A stretch of 63,401 bases of DNA, the filler included, from Olpidium bornovanus S191 (Eukaryota; Fungi; Olpidiomycota), in assembly GCA_017911155.1 (NCBI GenBank). It is 32 parts of 32 records of this genome, joined end to end, with 100 filler letters (N's around TTAATTAATTAA, not from the genome) between each part and the next. Parts side by side here need not be neighbours in the genome. Positions count along the whole stretch, not along the records: positions 36,230 to 40,007 come from JAEFCI010009141.1; positions 40,108 to 43,310 come from JAEFCI010005345.1; positions 43,411 to 44,740 come from JAEFCI010002426.1; positions 44,841 to 47,220 come from JAEFCI010002097.1; positions 47,321 to 49,443 come from JAEFCI010005476.1; 27 more parts are not named here. One strand, written 5' to 3'. The stretch's first letter is position 1; the number at the start of each line of letters is the position of its first letter. This document shows, piece by piece, positions 37,699 through 48,329 of this stretch. Position numbers and translations under genes: made by a program. The notes under the pieces were generated by a model, which made no database searches, had not been told where the DNA came from, and was given only the letters and a program-made list of their open reading frames with translations.

Positions 37699-39088
37699 AA
37701 GAGAGCGGACGCGATCGAAAATTTTTTCTTCTTATTTTATAACCACAGCGCGATCGCTCTCGCCTTTTTGAAGAGTTCCGCCTTGGGTTGTGTTTTTTTT
37801 TTTTATGCTCAACCGCCCACTTCCTCTGACATTTTCGCGCTCATTTTTCTTTTTATCTAAACCTCATCGAAGTTACGCGCAGCCAGAGTGCTCTGTTCAG
37901 ATGCACTTGCGTTCGAAATTGTTTATCCGGCACGGTGACACCTGCAGCGATCACCTCCCTTGTACGTCCAGCATGTCTTTTCTTTCCGGCACCTGTATAT
38001 CACACACACACACACACACACACACTTCCCTCCCCACGTTTTCTCCCGTCCCGCATTCGGCATTTGCGCGCCTCCAGCAGATTCCTTTTCTTTTTTTTTT
38101 TTTTTTTCTTTTTTTCTTTCATTATTTTTTTTTCCTCTCCGCATCAGCCGACGTGGCCCGCGTCCTCCTTCTCCCCTCCCCCTTTTTTGCAAATTTACCA
38201 CCTTCGACGTTTCTCGTATTCGGTTCTGCCGGCATCGAAACCCCACGGCGCAGATGGTTAATTAGCAGGCGCCCGGTGTAAGGTGTATCTGCACCCCCGA
38301 GACCTCGGGATTTTTTCTTCGGAAGTCCGCAGTAGGAGGGGCGGGAAGGTAGGGGGGGGGGGGCGGTAAAACGTCTCGTCTCGGGGGAAAGGAGCAGGAT
38401 GGGAGCGTAAAACTGGCCCGGGAGACAGCGGGAACATGCGCGCACGCGAAGGCGAAGGCGAGCTGGGAAGCAGAGTTGCCCTTTTCTTGTGAGGGGGGGC
38501 GACCGCGAGGGTTTTCCAGCTCCAGGCGTGGCGGCACGTGGCCGAGACGAGGAAACTGAACGCTTCTGAGAAAGGCCCGCTGATGCGGACGCAGGCGGGA
38601 ACCTTACGACACGCTGCAGATGATCTCAGTAGGATGGCCCTCAACAGCAGTATGTAGTATTGGTAACACACGGAGCCTGGCGAAGGGAGAAACAGGGCGG
38701 AAGAGGGGGGGTCCCTCGGCCCGCATCCCTTTGATCACACAGCGGCAGCAGTAAAAGCCGAGCAAAGTTATTCCGCCTCTTCCTCTTCCCACCCCCACTC
38801 TCGCCCTTCCCCCGTCTCCTTGCGCCGCCCCCCCGCTCGCCGAGTGCCGGAAGTCCCATCTGTTTCGAACGCGCGCGCGCGCCTCGGGTGCCCTTGGCGC
38901 GTGAAACCATTCCGCACCCCCCTCTCCTCTTCCCCTCACTCCCTCCGAACCACCGACCAAAAACACGCTGCCAAGCAAAAAAAAAACCTGCCCGTCGCGC
39001 GGGCCATTTTTTTTATTTCCTTTCCGGCAAATTCCAGAGACGGGGAGATTTATCTACAGCACGCATATCTAACGCGTATACGGTGCCA

Positions 39089-39174
39089 ATAAAGCGTAAA
39101 TCTAAGTTCTAGTGTTTTAGGGAAGGGGGCCCTATAAAGCGTAAATCTAAGTTCTAGTGTTTTAGGGAAGGGGG
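39089..39174. repeat. Perfect 41-nt direct repeat (period 45)
   Basis: ataaagcgtaaatctaagttctagtgttttagggaaggggg at 39089-39129 and 39134-39174. Confidence 0.95.
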
Positions 39175-39423
39175 GTGGTGGGGACCCGTGCGCGAGCGCG
39201 CGGGCGCGCGAGGTTGCACGAGCGACAGTCCTTCCTCCTTCCCGCGCTTCGTTCCGAAGGCTCCGGTCGCCTAAACGGCGTTGACCCCTACCCATTTGTC
39301 GCCGTCATCCTTCTGTTGAACGGGAGAAAGGGAACGGGGAAAAAGAGAGAGAAAAAAAAAAAAAAAAAAAAGAAAATCGCGGCGAATGAGCGGCGGAGGA
39401 AAGGAAGGAAATGTTGCAGACGT

Positions 39424-39830
39424 TAAGCTCCCGCCGCCGGGCTCCGGCTCCGTCTCCCCTGAAACGCAAACAATGCACAATATAATACGCCAAGAAAAAA
39501 AGGCGGCAACGCGCAAAAAGGAATTTTGGATGTTTTTACCACTCCCTTTACTTTCTCCCCCCAGCCTAAGAATCCCCCCGAAACTCACCAAGCGCCAGTA
39601 CACTTTGGCCCTGCCCACGACGGGGCGGTAGCGATCGTGTTTGCCGGGTCCGGAATGCGAGAGCCAATAACCGGTCGCGTTGTTGAAGAAGGTCCACCCG
39701 CGCCGGCGCCCGTGGCACCACTGGACGAACCACGTCTTCTCGCCGTAGCTGAGATCGTCGCAAGGCGCTTCGGAGACGGCGGTCCCGTTCTTGACCTCGC
39801 CGCCGTGCGCGTCGGGGTAGAGGCAGTGGC
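39424..39830 (-). CDS. Ricin-B (beta-trefoil) lectin-like domain, last exons
   Basis: Exon 39830-39589 (CAG acceptor, GTGAGT donor): GHCLYPDAHGGEVKNGTAVSEAPCDDLSYGEKTWFVQW...GWTFFNNATGYWLSH...VYWRL. This resembles the CL..GG...NGT.V...C....W....N..TG..L ricin-B pattern. Confidence 0.55.
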
Positions 39831-40140
39831 CTGGGCGCGGGAAGGCCGACGACGCGCGTGGTAAGCGCGTGAGGGCGTGGTGAGGGCAGCGCGTGAGGGC
39901 GTGGTGAGGGCGTGGTAAGCGCGATAACAGGCGGGGCCCGCTTTTCTTTTTTTTTTTTTTTTTTTTTTTTTTTTCCGGGGAAAAACCCCCCGCCCCCCTC
40001 CCCTTCCNNNNNNNNNNNNNNNNNNNNNNNNNNNNNNNNNNNNNNNNNNNNTTAATTAATTAANNNNNNNNNNNNNNNNNNNNNNNNNNNNNNNNNNNNN
40101 NNNNNNNCCATGAAAAAAAAATCATCAAACTCTCTCACAG

Positions 40141-42954
40141 GACGTCGAGTCTGTGGTGGAGCGGTACAACCTGTCCCTCCTAGACGCGAAATTCTGCGCG
40201 CCGTCCAGGCAGGACGAGAGCCTCCTCGAGGGCAAGTTCCGCAAGTCCGACCGGCGGATCGACTCCTACGCCGTCCTAGGGGTTCACCTCGGCCGCCTCG
40301 CGTGGAGGGCGAGACGTGCCCGCGTCGGCGCCGACGACGGATCCCGCGCCAGCGTGGGCGCGGGGCGGGCGCCGTCGGCGGACGCGCTCGGAGGGTCGGG
40401 GACGTACGCGAAGCTCAACTGGCTCATTCCTCTGGTGACGAGTAAGTTTCACTGTATTTTGCTTCTACTATTTTCTTCTTAGTTATATTTTTTTCCTATT
40501 TTTTTCCTATTTTTTTCCTTTTTTTTTCTTTTTTTGTTTTTTCCCCCTTATTTTCTTTCTTTTTTTTTTCCCCCTTAAATTTTTTTCTTTTTTCTTTATT
40601 TTCTTTCGTTTTTTTTTTCTTTTTCGCCCGTAGCCCGTCACACACGCGGGCTTGCAGATTATTTCTTTTTTGTTTGCTTTTAACACAAATTGCTCTTCGT
40701 CTCTCCCGCAGAACAGTTCCGAGCCCATCCGCCAAACTCGCCGCTCATCCTTAGTTTCTACAACCAGCTGGCCAGAGAGATTTCGCGAAATCTCTCCCTC
40801 AGCCCGTTCAGCGCGACATACGACGCGTTGCACCAGTTGCGCAACAAAGTTTTGGAAGGTAGACAGGGAATAAACATTCATCTAAAAAAGACGCGGAAAA
40901 AAAATCGGCACAAAGTCGACTTTTCGTAGGAGAATCAACTTCCGTGTTATAACGCACAGGCTCCTTATCCCTCTGTCGCTTTTGCGTCTAGATCTTGTAA
41001 GTGACGTCCGCAGAATCCAGGGAGAGGAGCGGCCGGCCGCATCGCGAATAAAGTCTGTGCACGCCGGTGCGTTTTGGATGTGAATACTAACGCAGGGTTC
41101 GAAACCACAGGGGTCAAAATATCGCCAGGTCAAAATGGCTCGCGAGCCGCGGATACCCGTCGAAGACGAAGAGGAGAGCCCTATCAAGGCGGTACGTACC
41201 GAAAACCGACGCCGTCTTCGCGGACGCGCGGGGGAGTTTGAAGCAGAAGCCCCGAACCCCTCGCGCTTCACGTCGCCCCGGCGTCATTTTTTTTTTTTGT
41301 TTTTTGTTTTCAGCTCCTCGAGCAGTCGTCGGAAGAGCACCAGGAAAGCGGCTGGCTTTCGTCGTCAATTAGTCTCGTGAGTGTCGACGGCGAACGCAAA
41401 AAAACAGGGAAAGAAAAGGTTTCGCCCCATAGACGCCCTCTGAAGCTGACCCGCTTTTTCCGACCGGGCTCGGCGCGCCCAGGTTGAAAAACGCGACAGG
41501 CGCGGCGTGACGCTGGCGTATTTGAACGAAGTTTGGCTGCAGGTAAAACTTACCCCGGGCATTCCTTTTTTGTTTTGCGCGTTTTGCGCGGGTTTGAGAC
41601 CGAGGGGGTGGGGCTGCAAAGACTTTGGAATTAATAGAACCGCGGTCTCGCAAGGTCGACTGCATATACGACCGTTTGGTAACGCGTTCCGGGGTTGACC
41701 ATCAGGTCAACACGGCGCTCGAGGACGTAAGACCGGCTCGAAGTCAGAAAATGCGGGAGCGGGGGGGAGGATCGTGTTGATCGCAAACATTTTGACCTCT
41801 CAAATACGAATCTTTGTCCGGCAACCCCAGCAAGTCCTGCAATCAGTAAAGCCCGGCCAACTCGTTTTCACGGAATCCGCCATCCAGTGGTCGGGCGCCA
41901 GATCGGTAGACGAAAATGAGGACGAAGAAGGAGAACAGCAAGACGAGGAGGAAGAAAAACAACCGGTCGAGCCGGCGCTGGAGATCAAGTAGGTTCGAGC
42001 GGGAGAAGGAAGAGGATGACGAGGGGGGGTTGGGGGGGGGGGGGGGGGGAAGAGGGACAGAGCTTTCTTCGCAATAAGTTTGCTACAAAACATTGCGGGA
42101 GCCCCGCCACACTCTTTTCGGCCCCATCCCCCCTTCCCCCTCCCCCCACCTCGGGTGCAGGCGACCCCCGGTCGGCCGGGGTTTTGCCTTCTGGGCTTTG
42201 ATTCCACGCCACGGCCTAACGGCGGGGAGCGGTTTCGCGAACCCGCCGTTTTTCCCAGGTATTCCGACGTCGTCCGTTTCCACCTCGGGACCATCCACAA
42301 CCAAGACCTGGAGCCGGACACGTCGAACATGGAAGACATCAACCTCGTCTTCTTCCTCACCGTCCACGCCAACCGGGAGGCCTACAAATTTTACCCGATC
42401 TACCGCGGCGAGGTGACGCCGCTCAGAGACATTCTGATAGCGATGGTGGGCAGCCCGCCTTTCAAGGAGAACGAATTCATCATGGAGGTCCTGGTGCGTT
42501 TTTTGGTTTCCGTTCCAGACCTGGAAAAAAAAAATCAAAATACACGCATCTGCGAGGTTTCCATTACCACGCCCCCCCCCCCCCCCCCCCCTCCCCCTCC
42601 CCCTTCCCCGGCTTTCCAAGAGGAATCAAGAAAAGTCGGGATTAATGATATCTTCCCCCCGTCTCCCACACACACCCCACCCACCTTCTTCTTCCCTCCT
42701 CTCTCTTTCCCTGCGGGCGGCGCGGCGGAAATTTTTTTTTCCAGGGAACAAAATTGCAGATAACCCGCCAGAAGGCCCTGCGGCAGCTCCTCTACCAGGA
42801 GAGGCCTTGGATAGAAAACTCGGGTGATCTTTCCAGGGTGGTGGGTAACCTCACGGACGACCTTCGCGCGCAGAGCGTCTACGAGATGGAGCGGCTCTAC
42901 CACAGCTGCCGCATGGAGCCTGAGGTCGCCAGGGAGGCGGTCTACACCCTTCGG
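40141..42954 (+). CDS. Uncharacterised multi-exon gene (about 9-10 exons), internal fragment
   Basis: Consecutive GT-AG-bounded exons: DVESVVERYNLSLLDAKF...; KQFRAHPPNSPLILSFYNQLAREI...; VLQSVKPGQLVFTESAIQW...ALEIK|YSDVVRFHLG...NLVFFLTV (PH-like beta pattern); ITRQKALRQLLYQERPW.... Confidence 0.7.
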
Positions 42955-43410
42955 GTTGGTCCGGCCGCCGTCCAAATTGCGGCGAAACCCCCCACCGTTT
43001 CTCTTTTTTTGTTTTTTTTTCTAGCCTTCCGGAGAGCCTGGCATCTAGCGGTATCTCACGGTTTGTCCTCTTTTCCCTTCCACCCTCGCCAACTCCCCGG
43101 TCTGGGAAGCGGTGCTGGCACAATGCGCAGTCCGAGAACGTCCGGCTGAAAATCCTCAGCGTGGTGGACCGCCTTCTGGACAAGGCCGTCATGTAGAACC
43201 ACAGTCTTTCCTTCACTGCTTCCGCAAGAGCGATATATTCTGCTTCAAGTGTGCTTTGGGCAACACACTGTTGTCGTTTTGCACTCCAAGTTACTGCAGC
43301 TCCATATGCANNNNNNNNNNNNNNNNNNNNNNNNNNNNNNNNNNNNNNNNNNNNTTAATTAATTAANNNNNNNNNNNNNNNNNNNNNNNNNNNNNNNNNN
43401 NNNNNNNNNN

Positions 43411-43743
43411 CATGACGCTCGCCTTGAAGTCAGGTGGGAGCTTTTGGGCATCACGGTCGTCCGCAGCCACCTTTTCCGGCGGCCGTGGGGCCGGCGCCTT
43501 CACCGCCACCGTCGATTTCGCCGTGGCCGTCGCCTGTATCGTTACGGGTGGGCGCGGGACCGGTGCCTTCTCGGTCACTGTCCCAGGTACCGTTGCTGGC
43601 GGGCGCGGGGTGGACGCCCTCTCGGCCGCCGTCGCCGGCGGGCGCGGGGCCGGTGCACTCTCGGCCGGTTTCGGGCGTTCGCCGCCTGCACCCGCTTGGG
43701 CTCGATGCCCGTGCTGCTGAGCGTGACCGTGCTTCTTGGCCAT
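43411..43743 (-). CDS. N-terminus of a Pro/Ala/Thr-rich protein with four (A/T)PxPRPP repeats
   Basis: MAKKHGHAQQHGH...APAPRPPAT...STPRPPAT...APVPRPPVT...APAPRPPEK; truncated at the contig end. Confidence 0.45.
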
Positions 43744-45857
43744 GATGTTGATTCGGCACTCCTTTACCCGCGGCGGGCAATCCCCCGATCTCTTTCTCCG
43801 GACTGCTGCTGCCGCGCCGGACCCCGCAAAAACGGCCACGACTAAATTCGTTGCCGGTCGCACGTTGTCGCAGAGCGTGTGGAGGGTGGGAGGGAGATCA
43901 AGTCCACTCGTTCCTCCGCACGTGCGGCACACTGTGTGGACTATTTTTTTTTCTTTCTCGGCGTGCTGCGGCCGTTGCCTCTGGGGGCGCCTTTCCTCTC
44001 CCTTGTTCTTGGTTTTTTTTTTTTTTTTTTCTGGGGGAGTGAAAGGGATCGACTCTTTCACTTCCGATTGTCACACGTGCGGCTTGTTCATCCCTTTGGA
44101 ATCCCCTTACTCTCGCTTTTTTTTTTTGGCCCGTCGGCAGGGGCAAAAACCTCACGCCAGGGGGTTTCTCAATAACAAAAAAAAAAATTCCGTTTGGCGG
44201 TTGCCAGGGGTAACGCCCCTCAGCCGGCTCACCAGAACGAGCCCCCGCCCGCACCTGCCCTACCCCCCGCCGTAACTGGCCAACCCCGCAATCACTCCCC
44301 TCGGGCCTCACGCCGCAATGTCGCCTGGTCCACGGCGCGCGGGGGACGCTCGGAATGTGCGCACATGAAACTCCGAGGACCGCAGTTGCGGCAGTGACGG
44401 CAAAAAGCGACAATTTCTACCGAGAACGCCGCGGGGACCAAGCCAACCGTAGTTGGACTCGACAAAGTCGGTTTCTGGGTTGCAGCTGTTGGTGCTATTG
44501 AGGCTGGGATTCGCCTGCGGCTCACCACCAGTGCTGGGTGAGCCCACGCTTAGTAGAATGGTTTCTGCGCTTCCATCCGGTAGCAAAAAGACTAAAAAAC
44601 TTTTTGAGTGTTTTGTATTCATGCTACATAGTTTCAAGAACGTGGCATATGTACGTAATTTGAAGATTGATGGAAAAAAAAGTGAGAAAAATAATAAACT
44701 AGGAAGTGAGAACCGTAGACAGCAACAAAAGAAAAGGCAANNNNNNNNNNNNNNNNNNNNNNNNNNNNNNNNNNNNNNNNNNNNTTAATTAATTAANNNN
44801 NNNNNNNNNNNNNNNNNNNNNNNNNNNNNNNNNNNNNNNNCATGAAGGCGGCGTAATTTTACCAAGTGACGGTATTTTGATTACGGGGGTAGATGTCCAA
44901 CACAGAACCGCATCCCGAAAGGAGGTTCGCGGATGCGACATTGCAAAAGCACAGTACATCGTTCAAAAGCGGCGCCCCATTTAGGCAGGCAGAGCTCTCG
45001 TCAATTGAATACAGAGGAGACGGCCATTTACTGGCGATCAAGGCGGGGCCTTGGGGCACACACGGCCCCCAGTCCTGACGGCGCCCGGCGTCGTTGGTGC
45101 TTTTTGGCGGGCGAGCGCCACGCCCGCAGGCGCACGCGGGTATTGGGCCGCGGTTGGCGTTCGGGCAGTCGGCGGCGCGTGTGGCCGGGTGCTGCAGGCC
45201 GGCGCCGCCCGGCTGCGAAAGGCGTTGCCAGGGAAGCGGGACGGGGGTCGCGTTCTTCGATTCAGGCGAATTCTCGAATGCGGCCCCGCGTGGCGTATGC
45301 GGGCATCTCACGCGGCCCGACGGCGGGGAAACGAAAAGTCGGGAGACAGTTCCGGGCGTAACACGCGGGAAAATCCGCCGTCGACGGCGACGGCCTTCGT
45401 CAAAACACGGGGGGGGGACACGTCGGGCGGAGACCGGTGCGGCCGGGGCGACGTTCCGGCGGGGCGCGAAGTAAAATAAAATAGGAAAAAAAAAAAAAAA
45501 AAAGAAAAAGACCGACCGCGCCAGCGCGCGTTGCGCAGAACTGCGGGGTCGCAGTTTTGGCAGAACGCGATTTGTGGAAAACAGATCGGCCGCGTCTCCA
45601 TCCCGAAGGTTGTGGATTCCTTCGTTCAGCACGCGCCGGGATGCAGCGAAGAGAAACCGGCGGGTTCAACCCGCTCGCGTCGCGCAGTCGGAGCACAGCA
45701 ATTTGAGATAATTGCAGTTGGTGCCTGGGGGGGGGGGGGGGAAACCCTTCGATTCGAACAAAAAAAAATGCGCCGCGCGGCGGCCTTTTTCTTTTACCGT
45801 GTTCCCGCAAAGCGCGAGACGTCGACGGCGGCGACGGGGAGCTCCCGCTTCGAGAAT

Positions 45858-46783
45858 TTACGAGCGCGGCTTTTCCTTCTTCTCTGGTAGAAAAAACCGT
45901 AAAACAGGATCAACACGCGCGTCAGCGTCGTGTTTTTTTTTTTTCCCCCCCCCCCCCCCTTTCGATCCTGCCGGCCCAAGCTCGGCTTCGAAACGATTCG
46001 TACCCCTGAAAAGCGCGATCAGCGAGACGCCGGAAACCTTGACGACTGCGAAAAGCGGAGGGTTCCGCCGGTGCATTTTTTTAGAGGGCGCGTAACCGCG
46101 ATGGAAAATACGCCTTTCCCACCTGCCCGAAAAAAAAAAACTGAGCCGGCACGACTCACCCTTGAACCGGACACCGGGCCTGTCACCGGTCTGCGCAGAG
46201 GTAGAGCAAAAAAAAAAAAAAAGCACGGCGAGGATAAGCGCACGCGGCAGGCCGCGTGGCACGCAACGGCGCGATACAAAAGCGTCAGCGGAACCCCGCG
46301 CGCCGCGGAGCACGTACCGCGCGGCCCTTACGGCCGAGGCCGGCGACGAGAACTTCGTCGTTCTCGTCGACGTACTTGAGGCAGCCGTCGTTCGGGACGA
46401 ACGCGGTGATCTTCTTTCCGTTCTTGATGAGTTGAACGCGGACACACTTTCGGATTGCCGAGTTGGGCTGCTTGGCCTCGACGCCGCTGACAACAGCATA
46501 AAGAAGGAGACGGACGGGGGGGGGGGGCCGGGCGCGGGCGGTGAGTTCACCGGGAGGAGGGGCCACAGCGAGAGCCGGTTCGGTTGACGAGATTTGCCCC
46601 GCGTTCGGGAAAACGCACATCTTCTCCAGGACGATGCCTTTTAGCGTGAGAAGCGCCTCCGAAAGGGGACGACTTGTGGATGGTCCCGAGGGCCCGCTTC
46701 TTGTACTGCTTGTCCGCCCACTTGTTCTCGCGGCGGTGGACGCGCAGCTTGCGCCCGGCGTGGAGTCCGGCGGGCTTTCCCAT
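45858..46783 (-). CDS. RPS23: 40S ribosomal protein S23 (uS12), 5 exons (46783-46619, 46486-46318, 46190-46160, 46045-46004, 45883-45858), with a 1-nt insertion in exon 1
   Basis: [13 protein letters not shown]...[11 protein letters not shown][+A][43 protein letters not shown]...[15 protein letters not shown]...EKKEKPRS*. There is an extra A at 46639-46642. Confidence 0.95.
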
Positions 46784-47157
46784 TCCTGCTCAGGTCGCGG
46801 AGGCCGGCGTACAGCTTCCGCATGAGTCGGAGCTTCCGGGCGCCACCTCCTCTCATCCTAGCCCCCCGCTTCAGCCGTGCGCTGCTGGGGAAGCGGCGGG
46901 GCGACGACATGGCGGCAATTCTACTTGTGCTACCGGCGGTGGCCGGGGACCGTTCGACCCAGGCGCCGGCACGCACGGCGCGGGGGGACGAAACAGTCAG
47001 CGCGGGCAACGCTCCTCCCGTTTCGCCGCCGAGGCCTCCGGTGACGTGCGAGAGGCGGGGGGCGTGTGCCGCGCGCGCCGCCAACGCAGCCTCCAGAGAG
47101 ACCGCCCGGCCCTCTTTTCGCCCTTCGCCCCCCCGCCCCACGTACCCATCTCTCTCT

Positions 47158-47209
<52 letters not shown>

Positions 47210-47320
47210 CCCCCCCGCGGNNNNNNNNNNNNNNNNNNNNNNNNNNNNNNNNNNNNNNNNNNNNTTAATTAATTAANNNNNNNNNNNNNNNNNNNNNNNN
47301 NNNNNNNNNNNNNNNNNNNN

Positions 47321-47441
47321 CAGATTCCCAGACCTCCAGAATCTTGTACTTTTACGTACTCCAGACCCAGACCCAGAGCTAGACGGCGAATACAAATCTC
47401 CAGATAGCGCTACGCGCAGATTACGTATTTCGCGCGTTACA
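47321..47441 (+). mobile_element. 3' end of an LTR (ends CGTTACA) abutting a gag reading frame
   Basis: CCAGA-rich sequence ending in GTTACA. It shares GAGCTAGACG and the CGTTACA terminus with the LTR at 62371-62821. Confidence 0.5.
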
Positions 47442-48320
47442 CAGAGCCTTAACCATCCCTACGAATGGGAAGAATTCCGTCAGGAATTCTTGCATCGCTT
47501 CCGTGACCCACAAGCGGAAGAGAAGTCACACGTTAAGCTCCACAAGCTTCGGCAGACTGGTTCTGCGAAGAAATACACGGAAGAATTCAAGCGGCTGGCC
47601 ACTTGTATCTCCGACCTCACGGAGTCCGACAAACTCCAGACCTACAAGCATGGTCTGAAGGCCAACCTCCGTCGCGATCTCACTGTCATGAAGATGCGCG
47701 ATTTTGAAACGGTGATCCGCGAGGCCGAAGAGCTCGACGAGATCATGTTTCAAGAGAAGATGCGCGCATCCGAAGACCGTCCCTGTCACGAGAAGGTCGC
47801 CAAGGCCTCCGAGAAGGTCGCGAAGGTCTCCGAGAAGCTCCGAGATTGCAAAGACGCGTCAGGAACATCATCCGACAACGCGTCCGAGAGGAAGGAGCAC
47901 GAGGAACTGCGCAAAAAAGGCGCATGTTTCTACTGCAAACAACTAGGACATTTTGCCATGGCTTGTCCATCGAAGCCAAAATACTAGATTCGGGCGCGCT
48001 CGCCGGCGACGCGCACTCATCTACGGGCTGGAACCCGCGCGAGCCGGCCTCCTTCGATGTGGACGCCACGGTCGATGATATACCAGTGGTGGCCACCATA
48101 GACAGTGGTTGCACAGGCATCTTGGTGTCGAAGGGAGATCGCCAAGAAGGTCAACAAGCCACTGTGGGCTGGCCCCGCCAAAATCTTAGAATTCGTGGAA
48201 GGATCCACCACCAAAGTGGATCAATACGCAACAATAGACGTCGGAATTGGGACCACCAGGCGTACTGTAGAAGTTTTGGTGGTACCCGTCAACTCCGACC
48301 TCCTGTTGGGACTACGCTGA
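47442..48320 (+). mobile_element. Ty3/gypsy gag (Retrotrans_gag + CCHC) and frameshifted protease remnant
   Basis: WEEFRQEFLHRFRDPQAEEKSHVKLHKLRQTGSAKKYTEEFKRL...YKHGLKANLRRDL; CFYCKQLGHFAMAC; in the -1 frame VATIDSGCTGILVS...DLLLG. Confidence 0.92.
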
Positions 48321-48329
48321 CTGCGCTGT

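Noticed and set aside
47436-47450. CAGAGC after the LTR end as a remnant tRNA-iMet PBS (TGGTATCAGAGC)
   Set aside because: The TGGTAT part is absent and the bases read in frame as gag (QSLNHPYEW). Nested insertion explains it better.
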